Assembly (NCBI GenBank): GCA_039811765.1
Contig: JBDHZF010000003.1
Coordinates: 1-56,333, forward strand
Length of the DNA: 56,333 nucleotides
DNA from: Thermoleophilia bacterium
Lineage (GTDB): Bacteria > Actinomycetota > Thermoleophilia > Gaiellales > SKUG01
Reading direction: 5' to 3'
Position 1 is the first letter of the stretch. Each line of letters begins with the position of its first letter. This document shows positions 54,201-56,333 of this stretch, piece by piece. Made by a program: the position numbers and the translations under genes. The notes below the pieces were generated by a model. That model did no database searches, was not told where the DNA came from, and saw nothing but the letters and a program-made list of their open reading frames with translations.

Positions 54201-56333
54201 GTCGTTGTCGGTCACGGTCGCGGTGACGTTCGCGAGCGTGATCGGCGAGTAGAGCGGATCGGCGCTCGTCACGGCCTGCGTCACGACGCCGGGGTGCGTC
54301 GCGGCCTCGTCGACGTGATCGTCCACCGCCGTGATCGTCACCGTCTGCGGCGTGTTCCAGTTCGCGGCCGTGAACGTGAGCGTCGCGGGCGACACGGTCA
54401 CCTGGCCGGCGCCGTCGGCGAGCGCGATCGTCACGTCCGCCGTCGGCTCGCTGTTGAGCACGATCGTGTACGTGTCGGACGTCGCGCCGGCCTCGTTCAC
54501 GGCGACGCTCGTGGCGTCGGGCGACACGGTGATGCCGGCCGTGTCGTTGTCGGTCACGTTGACGTTCACGTCCGCGCCCGCGAGCGTGTCGTAGGCCGTG
54601 TCGGCGCTGGCCGCCACGTGCGTGATCTGCGACACGGTCGGGTCCGGAACCTCGTCGACGTGGTCGTCCACGGCGGTCACGGTGACGGTCTGCGGCGTGT
54701 TCCAGTTCGCGGGTGTGAAGGTCAGCGTCGGCGATCCCGTCGACACCTGGCCGTCGGCGACGCCGAGCGTGACCGTGACGTCCGCGCTCGGCTTGGTGCG
54801 CAGCTTCACGGTGTACGTGTCGGTGGCGCCGCCCTCGGTGACGTCCGTGCTCGGACCCGCGCCCGACTCCACGATCACGATGCCGGCCGGCTCGATGGTG
54901 ATCGTGTCGCCCTCGGGATCGGCGAACGTCGCGGTGTTGCCGACGTTGTCGGTCACCACGAGCTGGTACTGGTAGCAGTGGTTGAGCACGACCGTGCCGT
55001 CGGTGTACGGCGTGGTCGCCGGATCGGTGGCGATGTCGCCCCACGCGGTCCACGCGCCGGTGTCGCACGTGCCCGGCCCGGTCACCGTCGTCTCGCGTCG
55101 CTGCAGCGCCCACGTCTTGATGCCGGAACCTGCGTCCGTGCCCTTGTCGATGTCGATCGACGGCGTGTTGGTGGGCCCGCCGTCGTAGTGCGTGTAGCCG
55201 CCGGTCGGGTCGGTAACGTCGCGCACGACCTCGAACCCGGCGGCGCGCGGCAGGTTGCCCGCGGCGTCGTAGAGGGCGGCGTTGAGCGGCAGCGTCGGAT
55301 TCACGGACGCCGCAGTCCACGCGTACGTCACCGTGTACGGTCCGGGCGCGTTCACGGTGCCCGAGCCGGGCGTGATCGTCCAACCCGTGCCGAGCGTCGG
55401 GAACACCGCGGAGGCCGGTCCGCTGAACGGATCGGTGAACGGGTTCGCCTCGGCCGTGAACGTGCCGGCGGGCTCGTCCGTGTTCACGTAGATGCGCTCG
55501 ACGGCGCCCGAGATGTCGATGTGCTGGTACTGCGGGTTCGTGCCTTTGGCGAGCACGACCTTGCTGGTCGCGTCAGGGCTGGTGTTGTCGATGTTCACGG
55601 CGCGGGTGACGGTGTCGAACACGTTGCCGGCGTTGTCGGTGATCACCAGCACGAGCGTGTTGGGGCCGTCCGGCGCGAGCGTGGAATCCCACGAGCAGCT
55701 CCAGTTCGCGGCCACAGTGACCGGGTCGCACGCCATTGCAGGGCCCGCGCCGAGGCGCACTTGGATCGACTTCACGCCCGAGCCGCCGACATCCGCCGAG
55801 GTGCCGGAGAGCGTTTTGGTGCCGCGCATCCATAGCGGCGGCGCGGGCGTCACCGCGTTGAGCGTGCCCGTCGGCAGCGTCTTGTCGACGCGGATGCGCT
55901 TTGCCGCGTTGGTCTGCCAGCTGACGTTGTTCGTGTTGTCGAATACGCCGATGCGGTACTGGTAGCACTCGTTCTCGATCACCGAGTGGTCGACGTAGCC
56001 CGAGGCCTCGCCCGTCGTGCCGATCTGGGTCCACGTGGTCGACCAGCCGCCGCCGCAGCCAAGCGAGTTCGTCGTACGGCGCTGGATCTGCAAGCTGTTC
56101 GCGCGCACGCCCGAGCCCGGGTACGCAGGCGAAGCGCCGATGTCGGGATCCGCCACGGCGGAGATGTCGTAGTTGATGACCGGGTCGGCATTCTTCCACC
56201 AGCTCGGGTTGGCGATGTCGCCCGGCGGGTCGTAGGAGTAGCCGTTCGGAGCCCCTGTGTCGTTGAGGTAGTAGGTGTTGAGGTTGGTGGTCTTGCCCGA
56301 GCCGCCGGTCGCGGTGACGGCCCGCAGCGCGGG
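39273..56333 (-). CDS. giant surface protein / adhesin with ~44 Calx-beta-like repeats and C-terminal TM anchor (5'-truncated by window, more than 5,686 aa)
   Basis: Frame is open to the window end; repeats of ~115 aa with consensus LTFTPANWNTPQTVTVTAVDD..E..H and V.I.DND; TM segment WLPLLLVAGGIAGTLAYVF followed by a basic tail. Confidence 0.92.
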   Translation of the reverse strand, partial: PALRAVTATGGSGKTTNLNTYYLNDTGAPNGYSYDPPGDIANPSWWKNADPVINYDISAVADPDIGASPAYPGSGVRANSLQIQRRTTNSLGCGGGWSTTWTQIGTTGEASGYVDHSVIENECYQYRIGVFDNTNNVSWQTNAAKRIRVDKTLPTGTLNAVTPAPPLWMRGTKTLSGTSADVGGSGVKSIQVRLGAGPAMACDPVTVAANWSCSWDSTLAPDGPNTLVLVITDNAGNVFDTVTRAVNIDNTSPDATSKVVLAKGTNPQYQHIDISGAVERIYVNTDEPAGTFTAEANPFTDPFSGPASAVFPTLGTGWTITPGSGTVNAPGPYTVTYAWTAASVNPTLPLNAALYDAAGNLPRAAGFEVVRDVTDPTGGYTHYDGGPTNTPSIDIDKGTDAGSGIKTWALQRRETTVTGPGTCDTGAWTAWGDIATDPATTPYTDGTVVLNHCYQYQLVVTDNVGNTATFADPEGDTITIEPAGIVIVESGAGPSTDVTEGGATDTYTVKLRTKPSADVTVTLGVADGQVSTGSPTLTFTPANWNTPQTVTVTAVDDHVDEVPDPTVSQITHVAASADTAYDTLAGADVNVNVTDNDTAGITVSPDATSVAVNEAGATSDTYTIVLNSEPTADVTIALADGAGQVTVSPATLTFTAANWNTPQTVTITAVDDHVDEAATHPGVVTQAVTSADPLYSPITLANVTATVTDNDTAGVTVTPTAGLTLDEGNVAATATYTVALDSEPLDDVTIAVTGDADANVAPTTLLFTVANWNTPQTVTMTVVDDLIVEGAHTATASHIATSIGDPAYNGIAVSPVVADVTDNDVPGIEVTPLGPLAATEGGSGASYQIRLKSEPTADVTIAFATGTQLDAITSLTFTSANWNTFQTVNVAATDDHVDEDTPHPGTIVHTVTSADANYGGWALADMAVDITDNDTAGVTIDELGGVVVDEANVPATDTFTVVLDSQPTAPITITLAPDAQVTTGVPTLTFTPANWNTPQIVSVAAVNDPIDENDPHDGNIVVSAAGDAKYAAVAPQTVTADVHDDDTASVIVSPGNLTLAEANPAGADYTIVLGSMPAGDVTVTVSPDAQVATATTTLTFTTGNWNTPQTVHVTAVDDHLVEAPVHPGKLTHTVTSAADPGYAAITPADKDADITDDDVPGVQVGELGGEAVAEGGATDTYDVVLTAQPAGDVTVTIAPDAQVTTSATTLTFTNANWNAVQHVTVTAVDDPIQEASPHPGAITHTVSSTDPLWSSLTTADPIAAQVTDNDIAAVIVNAADPYALDEDTPAATVQYDVRLATQPTADVTVTLTVPGDLHADVTTLTFTAANWGTAQHVTVNAIDDAVTEAPVHTRTITHAVSSADSYYSVATADPVDFDVTDNDIPGITVNKTTLGVAEGGATDTFSVVLDTQPTADVTVDLTGTQVGFDVDPLVFTSANWNTPQVVTVTAIDDPIDETTPHPGLVELDVTSADLVYNAWALADIAVNVDDNDTAGVKITPGTGTPLAVAEAGTTSATYDVVLDTQPSADVTIAVTTPDGQTTVDKPTLTFTSANWNTPQTVTVTAVDDHLDEADPHTAAVVHVSSSSDPLYGGSLAIDQQPVEVSDDDTAHVTVTPTTGITLDEAAPATTATFTVVLDSEPAFDVPVTVATPDGQTTADKATLTFTHLDWNIPQTVTLTVVDDLVDEAEPHAGAVVVGMGTTSDTGYAAQNPDDVAVSIHDNDTAGVSVVETAASTDVDEGATTDTYSVVLLSKPTADVTITITGGPQASVDHGTLTFTAANWNTPQILTVSGTPDHLVEGPHTQTFVHTSASADPNYGPATLIPNVVAHVTDDDAAGVTISKSTVAVDEDGATEDYDVVLDAEPTADVTVTVTPDSQITTSAATLTFTAANWNTPQHVTVGAVDDLVTEPSPHHGTIVHATTSADSNFNSLAVSNVVADITDNDDPGVTVTPTTLNVGEGGPDGSFTVVLDSIPGADVTVNLTEGGQLVAMAPLTFTPATWNIPQTVNVVANDDFVMEGAHSTQITIDTASAAPAYDTGALTITPVDVAITDNDTASILLAPSSGLSGAEGGPNVTYAMSLTSQPTDTVTITLAGDADGAPTTTTYTFTPATWATPQNVDVAIVQDLIAEGAHTTTITGTLTAGTDAFYGVVTVPSQTIDIADDDNAGVTFTPALPGPLSIAEGGATASYDVKLDSEPTGNVTIDVAALAGQATVDTPTLTFTPGNWGTAQTVTVTAVDDAIAEGAHTDKLTHVAGGADPVYAALTLGDMDLDIADNDNAGVLVNETLPDTTVTEGGPTDVVNVVLQSQPTANVTVTLSSTQVTLSSTTLTFTPGNWNTPQPVTVTAIDDSIAEGPHTGTIDALTGSADPNYVGLLATQVTVHVVDNDTAGVVVTPPPSIDLDEADAATGQTYKVKLKSEPTDDVTVTILPDAQVTTAPTTLTFTALNWNTDQDVTVNPVDDAVAEANPHDGVVSHDTSSSDPNYGTGVLTIDDVTFHVADNDFPAILISQTTGFDVTEGGATATYDIVLGSQPTADVTFTPDSTQLEWSVPSITFTTTNWSTPQTVTLKAIDDHVDEADPHPGTLDMTIASADAGYTALTPDTVDALIHDNDTSDLVVTPASGLLADEDQTLIATYTLTLTSIPSAPVTVALTPDAQVTTSVSSVVLDSSNWNTGVTVDVEAVDDPIQETDPHTGTIAHAMTSADANFNGETGPAQTVDVHDNDTAGVTITPTGADTTVAEDGSVVDAYDVVLDSQPTADVTVAIAPNAQVTTTETTLTFTNANWNSPQTVHVQAFDDHKIEGPHTGTIAHTVTSADAFYAAVTAASETVNVLDDDAAGVIVTPDGGSFQIAEGGTGDHLTITLAAEPDSPVTIDLAPDAQATATPASVVLDATNWNTGVQVAVDAVDDGFIEASPHPAHVALSVNASSDPNFTAVTIPDAVADVTDNDAAGVTVDDLGGISVDEANVAATDTFEVKLTASPAAGKTVDVHVANAAGQVTVSPATLTFDDTNWNTAQTVTVTAVDDPIDENEPHTSPIDFTTTSADANFNSLTVASVDASIHDDDDAGIVTDVTSVAIDETGPTNGTVKVHLKSQPVGTVTVAVTFDAAQVDASPTTLTFDSTNWNVDQDVTVEAVDDSIDEASPHTSTVTLDPTSVAAADPTYDALANTDVTANITDNDTSDVLITPGGGTDVDEASATTTRKWDVVLATIPTADVTVTLLPDAQLDAIGPTTLTFTSATWNTPQHFEVKAHDDDVDEADPHPGLVAFTVASADTAYAAVTPAPETIDVHDDDTAGVTVTQTPSPQHLAEDGSLPDAVYDVVLDSQPSSDVTITLTADAQVDIDGGVTTLTFTPANWNAVQHVTVKAHDDHVTELTPHTGTITHSSDSLDLAYSLVAALPIADADFDIDDDDVPSFHFDPATPAPSLDEADVSTTYSYDLYMDTEPAGPVKVDFAATSGQVTVAPADYTFTPANYATPVTITVTAVDDHFPEATPHHDTITHVIDAGASDPGYLGTTIPDVTADIADDDVAELDVVPTPDLDLDEADAATTKTFTVALKAQPTSDVTVDVTPDAQVTVDTPSLTFTTSDWNTPQVVTVTVVDDHVTEASPHDGHIAFTTASADTAFAGLTTPDAITHILDNDVPGFDIVDSADMTLDEADVAGTERTTTIALKTAPPAPVTVNLTADAQIGVQGMTTLTFDNTNWNIPQSVAVRAVDDHVAETSPHPGVLKLAVDPTSDPLYTALTIADRTFQIADDDMADVDVTCTPGADFAVNGGGHVDLSETVADATHDVVCDMQLGTDAAQDVTIAITTDSAQMTASPASVTIPAGSHGPVPVTFTAVNDDVDEADPHVSNVTFAVTSADPIYNAETLAPIDFDIHDDDTAGVTVTQSPAPQPLAEDGSVPSATYDVVLDSQPTADVTIALTPNAQVEVDGGVTALTFTAANWNVVQHVVVKAVDDHVTEPTPHTGTVAHSATSTDANYTGLTIDDATFDIADDDIPGFHFDPASPAPSVDEADAATGATYDLYIDTIPASDVTVNLSAGPDAIVSPSTYTFTSANYATPVTVTVNAVDDHLVEGPETEHVHTVVDAASDPSYVPVTIPDVDVAVADDDVAGVTIDDMGGIDLDEANVPGTDSFTVALDAEPANDVDVAITTPDGQTTIMAPTSLHFTPADWNLPQTVLVQVVDDHVVEGAHTGAIAFTTTSADTNFDALAVPDATANIVDNDVAGITITDPASLDLDEADPAGTEKLVGVQLDTMPLTPVTIVLVGDPQLDAPNPSTLTFDSSNWNIAQTVAIRAKDDPTVEGAHTGVLSFGVDGGSDPTYTAVTVAPRTFDIADDDAAGIDFTPATPGPLSISEDGSVTATYDVVLTAQPLTDVTVAIASPDGQASVDKPTLTFTNLNWNAPQTVTVTGVQDQVDEGTPHGGTLTHTMGGDAAFAALTPANMDLEIADDDTAGVKVTQAPAPGQLDEAGVLPPATYTVELTSKPTHDVTVNLADDGQVTPSPASLTFTPADWNTAQTVSVTAVQDVVVETDPHDGTITHDTASTDPNYDTGVLTIDDATFDIADDDAAGFTVTPLTPAAGVDEGDLAATATYEIAIDTTPSGTVTVDLTSGGDVVATPSTLTFDASNAATPQTVTVAAFDDHLVEGPETDTIVHAVHSVSDPAYEGFAIPDVNVDVADDDVAGVKVDEGDGLHVAEAGQTTDTFTVELTAQPVDDVTVDVAWDTTQLEAPSPSTLTFTTSDWNMPQTVTVKPIDDPIAEGPHTSDLTFSTSSSGAPDFDALTVPNSTVTIDDDDIADVVVTDPALMTMQEADVTGTERVIEIALATQPAGSVTVTATNDGQVLFPNAPVLVFDATNWNVPQQLRVQAANDAVAEPSPHDGVVSFTIAAPLDPAYAPIAIAPRTFHIDDDDAASAAIDCSGGPAWNVDAGTGHLLMSEDPAATDHVVTCIVGITTDAAEDIVVTPTLSNGAVTVAPASVTIAKGTQGPATFTFTATNDSKAQGVHGSKITWDVTSVDPIYDAKTIADLDVDIADDDVSGITVSPSGPIALAEGGPSASFDVVLQSEPDADVTITLNGAPQVGATPGTLTFTPTNWNQPQTVTVTAVDDNVDEPDGHPGMVTFTFASTDPAYGAATAAPVDVTITDNDTAAVTVTPTDSGNAVTEGGATDTFSVVLGTIPTDTVTVAVSGDAQVGAAPASLTFTPTNWSTPQEVTLTAVQDVVVEGDHTGNVTFALTSNDIAYVAGSAATPLAQSVAIKDDDKAGVTIVESDGKTTLTEAGQTDTYTIALAAAPSADVTLAIDGGDQVTPDPKSLTFTPANWNQAQTVKVAAVQDSLDEPDPHPGLIKHSITTTAPGWKDVELASVAASITDDDEATIVVGQTGDVTKVVEGAAAGDTVTFRLSSQPTSDVTVVPTGDDQVKVDSDAIVLGPTSWRDAKTLTVTAIDDDEIEGDHEGAITFKVSSDDTNYKLATVSTIVVAIGDNDVDKGTDDFGDEDGDSTTKKPLGTVPSATKRPKSTSKSDSNSRRTGAGSERTSEGKTRLPEGLGSGKSAKKKPGLKTGTQLEDEVVAASDKEPKAKKGPIAKALSWLGDNWKLWLPLLLVAGGIAGTLAYVFRGDAASKVARAAAKGAGAKGLGQAAKGGKDLHMHRLRAGRKKDDDEEEEDGPGAKKGGKKRK
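39858..54890 (-). repeat. tandem array of ~44 diverged ~340-bp coding repeats
   Basis: Recurring gtgttccagttcgc..gtgaacgtgagcgt on the + strand; units counted by eye from the translation. Confidence 0.88.

Noticed and set aside
39858-54890. Regularly recurring DNA motif suggesting CRISPR or DGR repeats
   Set aside because: Units are ~340 bp, degenerate and in-frame coding repeats; no cas or reverse transcriptase gene is present.
39267-55835. 5,522-aa plus-strand ORF
   Set aside because: Antisense shadow of the giant gene. High-GC codon bias removes stops, and the Arg/Val/Gly/His-rich translation is not protein-like.

Overview
High-GC chromosomal window, probably from an actinobacterium (Thermoleophilia-like; inferred from the short-variable-arm tRNA-Leu(CAA), many leaderless genes and the gene order). 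Left end (1-2660): edge of an accessory region carrying the C-terminal part of a Type ISP-like restriction-modification enzyme, abutting an apparently truncated liv operon. Middle: a minus-strand housekeeping block comEA-comEC-holA / rpsT / vapBC-murJ-ctaG-lepA-hemW-hrcA-dnaJ-prmA-rsmE-mtaB-HIT-yqeY-phoH-ybeY-dgkA-cdd-era, with orphan genes and palindromic DNA inserted between the conserved genes. Right end (39273-56333): a membrane-anchored protein of more than 5,686 aa with about 44 Calx-beta-like repeats, open at the window edge. Most notable: (1) a three-gene operon encoding a membrane peptide and two intact TIM barrels (DeoC-like, TrpC-like) that have lost most or all catalytic residues; (2) an 84-bp promoter element shared, without gaps, by comEA and an unknown Pro-rich membrane gene 27 kb away; (3) a five-module super-repeat inside the giant surface protein. 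All calls come from reading motifs by eye; no database searches were run.
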